Of a stretch of 64,000 bases of DNA, positions 1 through 10,139 are shown piece after piece (the stretch's first letter is position 1; each line of letters starts with the position of its first letter). This DNA comes from Thermodesulfobacteriota bacterium. GTDB taxonomy: Bacteria; Desulfobacterota_D; UBA1144; Nemesobacterales; UBA2774. A program made the translations under genes and the position numbers. The notes beneath the pieces were generated by a model. The model did not search any database. It worked only from the letters and a program-made list of their open reading frames with translations, and had not been told where the DNA came from. Location of the stretch: assembly GCA_965216785.1 (NCBI GenBank), contig OZ244197.1, positions 320,001-384,000 of the forward strand. Direction: 5' to 3'.

Positions 1-39
1 TAGCTTATTTTCAATTATTTCGTCTAGTATGGTGCTCAT
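1..39 (-). CDS. trpC: N-terminus of indole-3-glycerol phosphate synthase (partial, runs off window start)
   Basis: Reverse complement of 1-39 reads MSTILDEIIENKL, a typical TrpC start, 20 bp downstream of trpD on the same strand. Confidence 0.6.
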   Translation of the reverse strand, partial: MSTILDEIIENKL

Positions 40-59
40 CTTATATAGTTAACACAGGC

Positions 60-1079
60 TTAGTTATTGGTAGTAAAACTTATAAGCTCATTTAATTTTT
101 TTAGAGCGGCACCCGAATCAAGCGACTGCTCTGCCGATGAAAGGGCTTCTGCCATGTCGGACGCCTGCTCGGCAACGTAGATTGCGGCTGCTGCGTTTAG
201 AAGCGCGACATCACGTTTAGCCTCTTTTTCTTCACCCTTTAATATTGAAAGAACGATCTGTGCATTTTCTTTCGGGCTTGCCCCGCCTTTAAGCTCTGCC
301 AGGTCCCTTCGTTTAATACCAAGTTCACTTGGGTCAAGCTGATATTTTCTGACCATACCGTCTTTGAGCTCTGAAACGATTGTTTTGCCGCCTACCGAGA
401 GCTCATCAAGAGAGTCCGCGCCGTGAACTACCATAGCGCTCTTGTGTCCGAGGTTGCGAAGCACCTTCACTACAGGATCAATGAGGACTTCAGAATATAC
501 GCCCATTACCTGATGTTTCACTCGCGCCGGGTTTACAATGGGTCCGAGAATGTTAAAGATTGTCCTTATCCCCACCTCTTTGCGCGGGCCCGCGACGTGC
601 TTCATTGCGGGATGGTATATCGGGGCGAAAAGAAAAACAATACCGACATTATCGAGGCATTTACCCGCAAGCTCTGTTGAATGGTTTATATTCACGCCGA
701 GCTCTTCAAGTACATCTGCGCTGCCGACAGGACTAGATACCGAGCGGTTACCGTGCTTTGCTACAGCTACACCGGCCCCCGCCACGATGAAAGAGGCCGT
801 AGTGGATATATTGTAAGTCCCGAGGCTGTCTCCGCCCGTCCCGCACAGATCCACGACCGTATCATGTGAAGTGCTGACCTTACCCGCCTTCTCAAACATT
901 GCCTTTGCCGCTCCTGTAATTTCAGACACGCTCTCGCCCTTCATCCTGAGCGCTACGAGAAAGGAAGAGATCTGGGCGGGCGTGGCCTCCCCCTCCATCA
1001 TCTGCTCTACGACAGCCGACATTTCATCTTCTTCAAGATCGATTCTCTCTACAACTTTGGATATAGCCTCTTTTATCAT
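60..1079 (-). CDS. trpD: Anthranilate phosphoribosyltransferase
   Basis: Motifs DLCGTGGD, NISTT, KHGNRSVSS, GSADVLE, RTIFNILGP. Confidence 0.97.
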   Translation of the reverse strand: MIKEAISKVVERIDLEEDEMSAVVEQMMEGEATPAQISSFLVALRMKGESVSEITGAAKAMFEKAGKVSTSHDTVVDLCGTGGDSLGTYNISTTASFIVAGAGVAVAKHGNRSVSSPVGSADVLEELGVNINHSTELAGKCLDNVGIVFLFAPIYHPAMKHVAGPRKEVGIRTIFNILGPIVNPARVKHQVMGVYSEVLIDPVVKVLRNLGHKSAMVVHGADSLDELSVGGKTIVSELKDGMVRKYQLDPSELGIKRRDLAELKGGASPKENAQIVLSILKGEEKEAKRDVALLNAAAAIYVAEQASDMAEALSSAEQSLDSGAALKKLNELISFTTNN

Positions 1080-1520
1080 TTACAATTCACCTTTATCCCG
1101 ATCTTCCTTTACTTTGTCCAGGATGCCGTTTATGAATGCACCGGACTCTTCCGTGCCGAAGGTTTTTCCAAGCTCAACGGCCTCGTTTATGGTAACAGCG
1201 GGCGGAATGCTGCTCAAGTAAAGTATTTCATACACGGCAATCCTGAGAATATTTTTATCGATTTTAGATATTCTGGACAGCCGCCAATTCTTTGAATAGC
1301 GAACTATGATATCATCCAGCTGACTAAGGTTCGAACAGCATCCTTTGGAGAGCACGGACGAAAATTCTTTAACCTCTGCATCCGTGTTGACGCCGTCACG
1401 CTCCCAAAACAGGGAGAGCGATTCCTCTACTGAAGGAGATTCAGGGGAGGATTCGTTTAGCGAGTCGTGTTGATAGAGAAACTGGAGTGCAAGCTCCCTG
1501 GCGCGTCTCCTTTTACCCAT
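1080..1520 (-). CDS. nusB: Transcription antitermination factor NusB
   Basis: RRRARELALQFLY, DKNILR, INEAVELGKTFG, FINGILD; follows ribH as usual. Confidence 0.97.
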   Translation of the reverse strand: MGKRRRARELALQFLYQHDSLNESSPESPSVEESLSLFWERDGVNTDAEVKEFSSVLSKGCCSNLSQLDDIIVRYSKNWRLSRISKIDKNILRIAVYEILYLSSIPPAVTINEAVELGKTFGTEESGAFINGILDKVKEDRDKGEL

Positions 1521-1531
1521 GGGACGCTATA

Positions 1532-2008
1532 TTACCTTTTTTTGGATAATTCTTTAGTGAGATTTGCCATTTCTATGGCTGAGAGCGCGGCTTCACTGCC
1601 GCGGTTGCCTGCCTTGGAGCCCGCTCTTTCAATTGCCTGCTCTAGTGTCTCTGTCGTTAAAACGCCTGAGGAGACAGGCACGTTTTTATCTAGGCTGATC
1701 GTTATCAGACTGCTCGTTACTGTGGAGGCGAGGAATTCGTAATGAGAGGTCTGACCCCTAATAATAGCGCCAAGAGCAATTATAGCGTCGTACTTACCTC
1801 TCTCGGCCGCTTTCTTAACCGCAAAGAGAATCTCGTAGGACCCCGGTACTTTTATAACATCTATATCCTTTTCCGATCCGCCGTGTCTGGTAATTGTATC
1901 TACCGCGCCGCTCAAAAGCCTGTCGGTAACAAATTCGTTGAACCTGCTTACGACCACGGCAAGTTTGAGTCCTTTGGCGTTCATATTCCCTTCATAGGTT
2001 TGAGTCAT
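1532..2008 (-). CDS. ribH: 6,7-dimethyl-8-ribityllumazine synthase
   Basis: VVSRFNEFVT, VPGSYE, LGAIIRGQT, QAIERAG motifs. Confidence 0.97.
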   Translation of the reverse strand: MTQTYEGNMNAKGLKLAVVVSRFNEFVTDRLLSGAVDTITRHGGSEKDIDVIKVPGSYEILFAVKKAAERGKYDAIIALGAIIRGQTSHYEFLASTVTSSLITISLDKNVPVSSGVLTTETLEQAIERAGSKAGNRGSEAALSAIEMANLTKELSKKR

Positions 2009-2019
2009 AAGAGTCTCCT

Positions 2020-3228
2020 TTAATCGACCATGGAAAGAATGTGACCGAGCTTGTCCTTTTTGACCTTAAGGTAATTGGAGTTCTCACCGTTGGGCGCTAT
2101 CTCTATGGGAACGCGCTCCACGATCTGGAGACCGAACCCTTCGAGTCCCTTCACCTTTCTGGGATTGTTTGTGAGAAGTCTGATATTCCTTACACCCAGG
2201 TCTAAAAGCACCTGAGCGCCGATTCCGTAGTCTCTGAGATCGGGCTTAAACCCGAGCGCCTCGTTTGCTTCAACGGTGTCGAAACCATCATCCTGAAGGG
2301 TGTAGGCCTTTATCTTATTCAGAAGACCTATGCCCCTGCCCTCCTGGCGCATATAGAGAATTACTCCCTTGCCGTCTTCATTAATAATGCGCATTGCCTG
2401 GCGCACCTGCGGGCCGCAGTCGCAGCGCAGTGAGCCGAACACATCGCTTGTAAGACACTCTGAATGAACTCTTACCAGCACGTCGTCTTCAGGGGTGATA
2501 TCGCCCTTAACGAGCGCTATGTGGTGCTGGGGGTCTATATCGCTCTCATAGACAATGACCTTGAAGTCGCCGAACTCTGTAGGTAGAGCGGCTGAGGCCG
2601 CTTGCTTGACGAAGCTTTCACGGCGCAGGCGGTAGCTGATGAGGTCTGCGATCGAGGCGATTTTGATGTCGTGCTTTTCTGCAAATGTTTCAAGATCGGG
2701 GAGCCTGGCCATATCTCCGTCGTCATTCATTATCTCGCATATAACCGCCGCGGGCTTAAGCCCCGCGAGACGGGCTATGTCAACCGAGCCCTCCGTATGT
2801 CCCGCCCTAACGAGCACCCCGCCTTGTCTTGCGATGAGCGGGAACACGTGCCCGGGCCTAACAAAATCCTCAGGCTTTGCATCCTCTGAAATAGCGAGCT
2901 TCATCGTGGATGATCTGTCATATGCTGAAATGCCTGTAGTGATCCCTTTGCAGGCGTCGATGGAAATAGTGAACGCCGTGTACTGGGGCACAGGGTTATA
3001 TTCGGGTGTTATTGGCTGAAGACCTATCTGATCGGCATTGTCCTTTGTGATTGCCATACAGATGAGCCCTCTTCCGTGTGTGGCCATGAAATTGATTACA
3101 TCCGGACCTGCGTGCTCTGCCGCTATAACTAGGTCGCCCTCGTTTTCACGGTCCTTGTCGTCTACCAGTATTACCATTTTGCCGTCTTTAATGTCGGAAA
3201 TGGCTTCTTCTATCGTACAAATCGGCAT
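2020..3228 (-). CDS. ribBA: Bifunctional DHBP synthase / GTP cyclohydrolase II (start probably ATG at 3228)
   Basis: DRENEGD, RPGHVFPL, GHTE, RVHSECLTSDVFGSLRCDC, QEGRGIGL, LLTNNP. Confidence 0.97.
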   Translation of the reverse strand: MPICTIEEAISDIKDGKMVILVDDKDRENEGDLVIAAEHAGPDVINFMATHGRGLICMAITKDNADQIGLQPITPEYNPVPQYTAFTISIDACKGITTGISAYDRSSTMKLAISEDAKPEDFVRPGHVFPLIARQGGVLVRAGHTEGSVDIARLAGLKPAAVICEIMNDDGDMARLPDLETFAEKHDIKIASIADLISYRLRRESFVKQAASAALPTEFGDFKVIVYESDIDPQHHIALVKGDITPEDDVLVRVHSECLTSDVFGSLRCDCGPQVRQAMRIINEDGKGVILYMRQEGRGIGLLNKIKAYTLQDDGFDTVEANEALGFKPDLRDYGIGAQVLLDLGVRNIRLLTNNPRKVKGLEGFGLQIVERVPIEIAPNGENSNYLKVKKDKLGHILSMVD

Positions 3229-3282
3229 TATTCTCAAAAACCCCCAAAATACTTATTGTTTAAATATATTAATCTGACTTAC

Positions 3283-3310
3283 AATATAAGCCAGGAACTA
3301 GTTTTGTCAA
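3283..3310 (-). promoter_or_regulatory. Putative sigma70 promoter of the ribBA-ribH-nusB-trpD-trpC operon
   Basis: Minus strand TTGACA-16 bp-TATATT about 55 bp upstream of the ribBA start. Confidence 0.5.
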
Positions 3311-3421
3311 ATATGTAAGACGCCCGTAAGATTGAGAAAAAATGGCTGAAAAATTTGCATTAAGAATAAGATACCAAGCTCAGATGTCGGATAAATTTAC
3401 AGTAATTCCGCAGACTCTTTA

Positions 3422-4423
3422 TTAATTCGCCGTGATATTCGAATCTATATTTATACTCTTAGTGAGCGCTTCAAACGCTTTATTATAGTATGTCTTCCGA
3501 TCAGGATACACTATAAAAGCTCCGACTTGGGGATGTTTCTCTAAAAATTCAATTGCCTTGTCCTTACCCATTACAAATAGTGATGTGGCGTATGCGTCGG
3601 CAAGAGTGTTATTAGCTTCCATCAATACAGTTACGCTAAGAAAATCGTTCCCGGGCTTTCCTGTTTGGGGCAAGATCAGATGGTGGTAAGTCTTCCCGTC
3701 CGAAGTGACGGTCCTTTCATAACCTCCGCTGGTAGATATTGCGAGGTCACCCGCTCCGGTCTGAAACTCTGCGATCGCGCCTTGACTGCCCGGGTCTTTG
3801 ATACCCATATTTACTTCGTGGCCGAATACCCTTATATCTCCGGAAAGAGAGACAATACCTTTTGATACTCCTTGTTCTTTTAAAGCCTCGACTGCCTTAT
3901 CTATGGCAAAACCCTTTCCTATGCCTCCCAGATCGAGCATCATACCCTCTTTTTCTAAATAAACCGTATCACCCTCGATTAAAAGGTCTTTATAGTTGAC
4001 TAGCAACTTTGCGTTTTCGATATCTTCTTCCGTAATCTTAGATTGCCGGTCTCTTCCAAAGCGGTAAACGCCTATGGTGAGCGCGCCTATGGTCGGGTCG
4101 AACTCCCCTCCGGTTTCAGTAGCTACTTGTTTTGATATTAGAAGGACCTGACTTACGTCGGGGCTTACTTTTACCGGCTGTTTACCCGCTTGCCTATTTA
4201 TTTCAGATATCTCACTTGTGGGCTTGTAGTCAGAAAGGAGATTGTCGATCCTTGCTATTTCTGAAAACGCGCGGTCTGCCTGATTATTGCCAGCGCCGTA
4301 AATAAGCACACGGGCGTGTGTCCCCATGTGATACTGCTGCCTCTCAAGCGCGGGCCCCTCTGAAAAAGCGGAAACACTTGCTAAAATAAGAATGAATGTA
4401 CAGAGTAGTGATAAAGCTTTCAT
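3422..4423 (-). CDS. apbE: FAD:protein FMN transferase (ApbE family)
   Basis: Signal peptide, MGT, FDPTIG, LDLGGIGKGFAID, STSGGYER, YHHLI..TG.P, ADAYAT. Confidence 0.93.
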   Translation of the reverse strand: MKALSLLCTFILILASVSAFSEGPALERQQYHMGTHARVLIYGAGNNQADRAFSEIARIDNLLSDYKPTSEISEINRQAGKQPVKVSPDVSQVLLISKQVATETGGEFDPTIGALTIGVYRFGRDRQSKITEEDIENAKLLVNYKDLLIEGDTVYLEKEGMMLDLGGIGKGFAIDKAVEALKEQGVSKGIVSLSGDIRVFGHEVNMGIKDPGSQGAIAEFQTGAGDLAISTSGGYERTVTSDGKTYHHLILPQTGKPGNDFLSVTVLMEANNTLADAYATSLFVMGKDKAIEFLEKHPQVGAFIVYPDRKTYYNKAFEALTKSINIDSNITAN

Positions 4424-4477
4424 GTTTAAAAGTGTATCACAACAACTAGTTATCTATACACGGACTTTAAAATAGTA

Positions 4478-4506
4478 TTGACTTAAACCTCCGAAAGCAT
4501 TAACTT
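4478..4506 (+). promoter_or_regulatory. Putative sigma70 promoter
   Basis: TTGACT-17 bp-TAACTT upstream of the CDS at 4561. Confidence 0.4.
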
Positions 4507-4560
4507 TTATACTGTAATGGCTTTATATTATTACAAAAATGCTATAGATTAGAGCAAGTT

Positions 4561-5943
4561 ATGATTATTCAATGCAGCAGGTGCAGCCGAAAGTTTAAAA
4601 TCGACAATTCCAGAATCAAGCCTGAGGGCAGTAATGTCAGATGCTCTAAGTGCGGTCATATATTTATAGTTAAAAGAGGGGAGCCTGTACTTGGCCATGA
4701 TCCGCTTACCGAGGAGCCTGAAAAGGTATCCCAAACTGATATCAATCAAGATATAAACATTGAGAAAATCCCTGTAGACACAAGAGTTGAAGAGAGTTTT
4801 AGTGAAACCAGCTCAGTTGAGGACGTCGATATCGGCCGAGATGAGATTGCTCAGCCCGAGGAAGTTCCCACGGAGCTTGGAAGAGATATGCCTGATGATG
4901 ATCAGCTGGACATTGAGTTTGATCATGTACATAAAAACGCCGAGAATTGGGAAGAGTTTGTAAGCATAAGTAAGACCGGGGGGCATAGCGAGGATATTGA
5001 GACAAGCGAGAGTGGGGTGAGTGAGAAGGAGCAAAACGACTTTAGCTGGGAGAATATAAATATAGAGGAAGAGCCTGAAGATCAGAGCCCCGATATTCCA
5101 CAGATGTTTGAAGACGAAGAGGATACGAGTCCCCAAGAGCCAGAAGATGCTGAAGAGGCCGAAAAGAATATAGCCTCTCAAGATAAAAGTGAATCTGACG
5201 GTTACGAGTATCAAAAAGGGTCAGCCGAGAAGCTTACCCTAGATAGGGAGTCTCCCGATAAGTATATGGATAGTGAGGGAGAGTTTGGGCAAGTAGAGCA
5301 AAGAACTGTTCACCGTAGGGCAGAATATTACGGGTCACAAGGTAAATCAAAAAAAGGCTTTTTAGGAAAAATTGTATCTACACTTATGATAGCAGCCGTT
5401 TTTGTCATAATTATTACAGCCAGTATTACTATATTGATTAACCTCGAGCTTATACCGGAGGAGAATGTAAGCAAGGCTAAAACCCTGGTTGAGTCGGTAC
5501 TGCCGATTAAGCTCACGGCAGAGAAAACCCGTGATATCGTAATTACCCAGCATAGCGGCAATTGGATGAATACCAGGTTCGGACCGCTGTACGTGATATC
5601 GGGAATGATTAAAAATATATCTGATCATCCGATTCATTACATACAGATAAGAAGCGAGTTTGTATCGGCAGGGAAAACATTATACGAGGATACAATCTAC
5701 GCAGGCAATACGTTTAGTGATAATGAGCTTAAGGTTTCGAAAGTTGAAGATATAGTCTTCAAGCTCAAAAAGAAAAACGGCGATATAGACTACTACGATA
5801 TGAAAAAGCTCTCAGGCCTGAATTACGACGTTAAGCCGGGGGAGTCTATACCGTTTTTCGCTGTTTTCCCCTATGACAGCACTGTTTTGGGCTTAAAATA
5901 TAACCTTGAAGTAGTAAATTACGAAGATTCTACGATCAATTAA
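4561..5943 (+). CDS. MJ0042-type zinc-ribbon membrane protein with acidic linker and DUF3426-like periplasmic domain
   Basis: N-terminal CSRC-x19-CSKC ribbon, long D/E-rich low-complexity linker, one TM helix (IVSTLMIAAVFVIIITASITILINL), C-terminal LYVISGMIKN...VKPGESIPFFAVF. Confidence 0.8.
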   Translation: MIIQCSRCSRKFKIDNSRIKPEGSNVRCSKCGHIFIVKRGEPVLGHDPLTEEPEKVSQTDINQDINIEKIPVDTRVEESFSETSSVEDVDIGRDEIAQPEEVPTELGRDMPDDDQLDIEFDHVHKNAENWEEFVSISKTGGHSEDIETSESGVSEKEQNDFSWENINIEEEPEDQSPDIPQMFEDEEDTSPQEPEDAEEAEKNIASQDKSESDGYEYQKGSAEKLTLDRESPDKYMDSEGEFGQVEQRTVHRRAEYYGSQGKSKKGFLGKIVSTLMIAAVFVIIITASITILINLELIPEENVSKAKTLVESVLPIKLTAEKTRDIVITQHSGNWMNTRFGPLYVISGMIKNISDHPIHYIQIRSEFVSAGKTLYEDTIYAGNTFSDNELKVSKVEDIVFKLKKKNGDIDYYDMKKLSGLNYDVKPGESIPFFAVFPYDSTVLGLKYNLEVVNYEDSTIN

Positions 5944-5991
5944 CCGTTTTCACAAAAGCACTCTAAACAGAGGAGTACCGCAATAATTTCC

Positions 5992-6020
5992 TTGCTATCC
6001 TGCAGTAACTCAAGTAAAAT
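5992..6020 (+). promoter_or_regulatory. Putative sigma70 promoter of the 6156-guaB-guaA unit
   Basis: TTGCTA-17 bp-TAAAAT. Confidence 0.5.
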
Positions 6021-6155
6021 AACCCAGATAAAAGTAAGATATATTTTTACCACTCAATCTGATCTCTTATAAAATCAGAAGATTTATGAAAAAAGATTAT
6101 TTAGTGTATTTAAATAAATACGGGACGTTTTCTATTTGTACCAAGCGAGGTTATT

Positions 6156-6683
6156 ATGAAATCCACCCGTCTTAAAATTAGTGTAAGCCAGGACGGCCTG
6201 CTGCCGCAGGAAACGGCTGAAATTGCGACTCTGGAATTCCCAACGCTGCCTAAAAAGCTTCTTAAAGCTCTAGGTTTTGAGCGCGTAGACTCAAAAACCT
6301 ACGTAGGGGTGCTTCCTGTATTTATTAACCTTGGGGAAAAAGACCAGGAAATTGAGATTGAGCTCGGCGTAACTCTCCCCGAGATGAGAAAGAAAATAAT
6401 AGAGATAGTGAAAACCCCTGCAAGACTGATTGCAGTGGCTCAAGAAGCAAAAGCTGTATCTGAGGCAAAAACTGCTAAGAAAGCGGCGGCCAAAACGGCC
6501 AAGGCACCGGCAAAGCCTAAAGCCGAGCCCAAAGCAAAAGCCAAAGCCGCGCCAAAAGCAAAGCCCAAAGCGGCACCCAAAGCAGCTGCTAAAACTACAG
6601 CAAAAGCTAAACCGAAAACCGCGGCAAAAACCACGACCAAGACCCAAAGCAAGACTACTACTAAACGGACAACAAAAAGGTAA
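6156..6683 (+). CDS. Hypothetical protein with histone-H1-like K/A/P/T-rich C-terminal tail
   Basis: RBS GAGG before ATG; about 95-aa globular-looking N-terminus followed by AKPKA/AAPKA repeats; ends 6 bp before guaB. Confidence 0.8.
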   Translation: MKSTRLKISVSQDGLLPQETAEIATLEFPTLPKKLLKALGFERVDSKTYVGVLPVFINLGEKDQEIEIELGVTLPEMRKKIIEIVKTPARLIAVAQEAKAVSEAKTAKKAAAKTAKAPAKPKAEPKAKAKAAPKAKPKAAPKAAAKTTAKAKPKTAAKTTTKTQSKTTTKRTTKR

Positions 6684-6689
6684 TAGAGA

Positions 6690-8168
6690 ATGCGCGCTGA
6701 TTTTGTGGAAGAATGTTTGACTTTCGATGATGTTCTTTTAAAACCTGCGTACTCTGAGATTTTGCCTAATGAAGTGGACGTATCCACTAATCTTACTGCT
6801 AAAATAAAACTCAACACCCCGCTTTTAAGCGCGGCCATGGATACCGTGACCGAAGCCAAAACGGCTATAGCAATGGCGCAGGAGGGCGGGATCGGCATTA
6901 TTCACAGAAACCTCGGTATAGACCTTCAGACAGCGGAAGTAAAAAAAGTAAAAAAGTACGAAAGCGGCATGATTGTAAATCCCCTTACCGTACGGGCGGA
7001 TCACAGGGTAGAGGAAGCACTGGAAATCATGCTGAAACAAAATATTACAGGGCTCCCCGTAACTAAAGAGGACGACACTCTGCTGGGAATTGTGACTTTC
7101 AGAGACCTTAGGTTCGAGAAGAACCTGGATTATAAGGTTAAGCAGATAATGACTCCGAAAAAGAATCTTATTACTGTCGGAGACGGGACGAACCTTGAGG
7201 AAGCCAAGGAGCTTCTCCATAAATACAAGATTGAAAAACTTCCCGTAGTTGATAAAAAGTTTAGACTCCGAGGACTCATTACAATGAAGGATATTGAGAA
7301 AATAGAGAAATATCCTACAGCTTGTAAAGACGACATGGGAAGACTTAGATGCGGGGCCGCAGTGGGCGTAGGCGCTGACAGAGAGGAGAGGATTGAGTCC
7401 CTGATAAAAGTCGGATGCGACGTTATCATAATAGACACTGCCCACGGTCATTCTAAAATGGTTATCGACGCGGTAGCCGATACGAAGAAAAACTTTTCAG
7501 GAATTGAGATAATAGCGGGTAATATAGCTACCGGGGAGGCTGCCGAGGCGCTCATTAAAGCAGGCGCGGACGGAGTGAAGATCGGGGTAGGCCCGGGCTC
7601 AATATGCACGACGCGCGTAATCGCCGGAATCGGCATGCCTCAAATATCGGCCATTCAGGACGTTTCAGAAGTGACGGAGAAGTACGGTATACCCGCAATT
7701 GCCGACGGCGGCATAAAGTATTCAGGCGATATAGCAAAAGCCCTGGTTGCAGGCGCTAACTCCGTAATGATAGGAAACCTATTCGCTGGAACCGATGAGG
7801 CCCCGGGCGAGGTGATACTTTTTCAGGGCCGCACGTATAAGGTGTACAGAGGTATGGGCTCAATCGAGGCGATGAAAAAAGGGAGCAGCCGCGACCGTTA
7901 CGCTCAGAATATCGGCGATGAAATGATAGATTCAAAACTTGTGCCCGAAGGCATTGAGGGCAGGATCCCCTACAGAGGCCCCTTGGGCGCTATGATTTAT
8001 CAGTTGGTTGGAGGGCTCAGGGCCGGAATGGGATACACCGGCTGTAAAACCATAAACGAGCTCAGGACAAAAGCGAATTTTATTAAAGTCACCAATGCAG
8101 GGCTTCGAGAAGGGCACGTTCACGATGTAATAATTACAAAAGAAGCCCCAAATTATAGAATCGAGTGA
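6690..8168 (+). CDS. guaB: IMP dehydrogenase with CBS subdomain
   Basis: [27 protein letters not shown] (catalytic Cys), IADGGI, YRGMGS. Confidence 0.98.
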   Translation: MRADFVEECLTFDDVLLKPAYSEILPNEVDVSTNLTAKIKLNTPLLSAAMDTVTEAKTAIAMAQEGGIGIIHRNLGIDLQTAEVKKVKKYESGMIVNPLTVRADHRVEEALEIMLKQNITGLPVTKEDDTLLGIVTFRDLRFEKNLDYKVKQIMTPKKNLITVGDGTNLEEAKELLHKYKIEKLPVVDKKFRLRGLITMKDIEKIEKYPTACKDDMGRLRCGAAVGVGADREERIESLIKVGCDVIIIDTAHGHSKMVIDAVADTKKNFSGIEIIAGNIATGEAAEALIKAGADGVKIGVGPGSICTTRVIAGIGMPQISAIQDVSEVTEKYGIPAIADGGIKYSGDIAKALVAGANSVMIGNLFAGTDEAPGEVILFQGRTYKVYRGMGSIEAMKKGSSRDRYAQNIGDEMIDSKLVPEGIEGRIPYRGPLGAMIYQLVGGLRAGMGYTGCKTINELRTKANFIKVTNAGLREGHVHDVIITKEAPNYRIE

Positions 8169-8238
8169 TGCTGTAATAAAGAGCTTTTAACTAAGTATTG
8201 CAGTATGCTCGAACGAATCTTTTTCTTCCGATTTAAAT

Positions 8239-9771
8239 ATGAGAGAAACTATATTAGTTCTTGATTTTGGCTCACAGTACACCCAGCTGATTGCAAGGAG
8301 GGTGCGGGAGCTGGGCGTATATTCAGAGATAAAACCCTATAACTTAACCCTAGCGGAAATTTCCGAAATAAACCCTAAAGCTATTATTCTTTCTGGGGGG
8401 CCTTCAAGCGTTTGGGACGAAGAGCACCCCTCGTTAGACACCAAAATATTCGATATGGGTTTGCCGATACTCGGCATTTGCTACGGACTTCAGATAACGA
8501 TGCACCTGCTGGGGGGCACGGTGGAGCGCTCTGAGAAACGAGAGTTCGGCCCCGCGCGGCTTAGCGTACTCGATGACTCCGATATATTCTCGGGAATTTC
8601 GAAAGAGAGTGACGTTTGGATGTCTCACGGAGACAGGGTCTTGGATCTGCCAGAGGGGTTCACGGTCATAGCAAAAAGCGACAACTCTCCACAGGCCGGA
8701 GTAAAAAGTGAAAAACTTAAGTTCTGGGGCACCCAGTTTCACCCAGAAGTCGTTCATACGGACTGCGGGAAAGAAATACTTTCTAACTTCGTACATAAAA
8801 TTGCGGGGTGCGCTAACTCCTGGACGCCGAAGTCATTCGCTGAGACCACGATAAACGAAATAAGGGAAAAGGTGGGAGACTCGCAGGTAGTATGCGGACT
8901 CTCTGGCGGAGTGGATTCCGCAGTGGCGGCGCTAATTATACAGCATGCCATATGGGACAAGCTCCACTGTATATTTGTCGACACCGGAATGATGAGACTG
9001 AACGAGGCAGAAGAGGTAGTCCGCTCTTTTCAGGATATGGGACTCAACCTTATCCATGTGGACGCTAAAGACAGGTTTTTAGAAAAGCTTCGTGATGTGA
9101 CGGACCCGGAAAAGAAAAGGAAGATTATAGGCGAGGAGTTCATCAGGGTTTTTGAAGAGGAATCCTCTCACCTGAGCGGGGCCGAGTATCTGGCGCAGGG
9201 GACGCTTTACCCGGACGTGATAGAAAGCGTGAGTGTGAAGGGCCCGTCGGCAACGATAAAATCACACCATAACGTAGGCGGGCTGCCAGAGAAAATGGAC
9301 CTTAAGCTTGTAGAGCCTCTAAGAGAGCTGTTTAAGGACGAAGTCAGAGCCGTAGGGCGAGAGCTTGGTCTAGACCCGAATATACTAAACCGCCACCCCT
9401 TCCCAGGCCCGGGACTGGCAATCAGGATTATGGGGGAGATCACGGAGGAAAGGCTCGACGTGCTAAGGCTGGCCGACTATATATTTATCGAAGAGATAAA
9501 AAAAGCCGGGATTTACGATGACATATGGCAGGCTTTCTGCGTCTTCCTTCCCGTGAAAACCGTGGGCGTGATGGGTGATGAGCGGACGTATGAGAACGTG
9601 ATAGCGCTAAGGGCTGTAACGAGCCTTGACGGAATGACCGCTAAATGGGCCAGAATACCCGCTGAAACACTTGAGAGGATCTCGGTCAGGATTATTAACG
9701 AAGTGAAGGGTATAAACCGCGTGGTGTATGATATATCCACAAAACCGCCGGGTACTATCGAATGGGAATAA
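8239..9771 (+). CDS. guaA: GMP synthase (glutamine-hydrolysing)
   Basis: [43 protein letters not shown]. Confidence 0.98.
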   Translation: MRETILVLDFGSQYTQLIARRVRELGVYSEIKPYNLTLAEISEINPKAIILSGGPSSVWDEEHPSLDTKIFDMGLPILGICYGLQITMHLLGGTVERSEKREFGPARLSVLDDSDIFSGISKESDVWMSHGDRVLDLPEGFTVIAKSDNSPQAGVKSEKLKFWGTQFHPEVVHTDCGKEILSNFVHKIAGCANSWTPKSFAETTINEIREKVGDSQVVCGLSGGVDSAVAALIIQHAIWDKLHCIFVDTGMMRLNEAEEVVRSFQDMGLNLIHVDAKDRFLEKLRDVTDPEKKRKIIGEEFIRVFEEESSHLSGAEYLAQGTLYPDVIESVSVKGPSATIKSHHNVGGLPEKMDLKLVEPLRELFKDEVRAVGRELGLDPNILNRHPFPGPGLAIRIMGEITEERLDVLRLADYIFIEEIKKAGIYDDIWQAFCVFLPVKTVGVMGDERTYENVIALRAVTSLDGMTAKWARIPAETLERISVRIINEVKGINRVVYDISTKPPGTIEWE

Positions 9772-9790
9772 AATCTAAAACGATTTTATT

Positions 9791-9902
9791 AACCACAAGT
9801 GGACACGAATAAGCACAAATTTAGAAGTAAATACAAAAATAGTATTTATTTCTTTTCAAAACCGTATTTAAAATTCGAGAAAATTAGCGTTAATTCGTGG
9901 CT
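9791..9902. repeat. REP/MITE-like imperfect inverted repeat built from 3 x 10-bp units per arm
   Basis: Left arm CCACAAGTGG ACACGAATAA GCACAAATTT (9793-9822); right arm AAATTCGAGA AAATTAGCGT TAATTCGTGG (9871-9900); lies between convergent genes. Confidence 0.6.
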
Positions 9903-9929
9903 GAATATATTCTTGCTTTGTAGTAGTTA

Positions 9930-10139
9930 TTAACTGGCCGGCTTTTTAAATATTCCGAACTCACCCGCAATAGTAACGAGCTCCCAGGACTCTTCACCGA
10001 GCTTCTTTAGGGTTGATTCTATACCATCACCCAGCTTAGTACGCCTCGCGGAGGCGGCGTCTTTCGATACGGCAATATCGTGGTCGCCGTTTTCATGAAA
10101 GAGCTTGTCTACGGAAATTACCTTATAGTCCCACTTCAT
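9930..10139 (-). CDS. Small DUF4177-like protein
   Basis: MKWDYKVI...LKKLGEESWELV...IFKKP pattern. Confidence 0.75.
   Translation of the reverse strand: MKWDYKVISVDKLFHENGDHDIAVSKDAASARRTKLGDGIESTLKKLGEESWELVTIAGEFGIFKKPAS

Noticed and set aside
3229-3421. Possible FMN riboswitch upstream of ribBA
   Set aside because: The region is AT-rich, lacks RFN conserved blocks, and the predicted promoter leaves only a short leader
6021-6155. Possible purine riboswitch upstream of the guaBA unit
   Set aside because: No purine aptamer core or convincing stems visible
6291-6898. Antisense Ala/Phe/Gly-rich ORFs
   Set aside because: Shadows of the low-complexity Lys/Ala tail and of guaB on the opposite strand
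8168-8207. Weak inverted repeat between guaB and guaA
   Set aside because: AT-rich stem needing G-U pairs, no U-tract; not enough to call
9793-9900. CRISPR-like periodicity
   Set aside because: Units are 10 bp, degenerate and inverted, with no spacers and no cas genes
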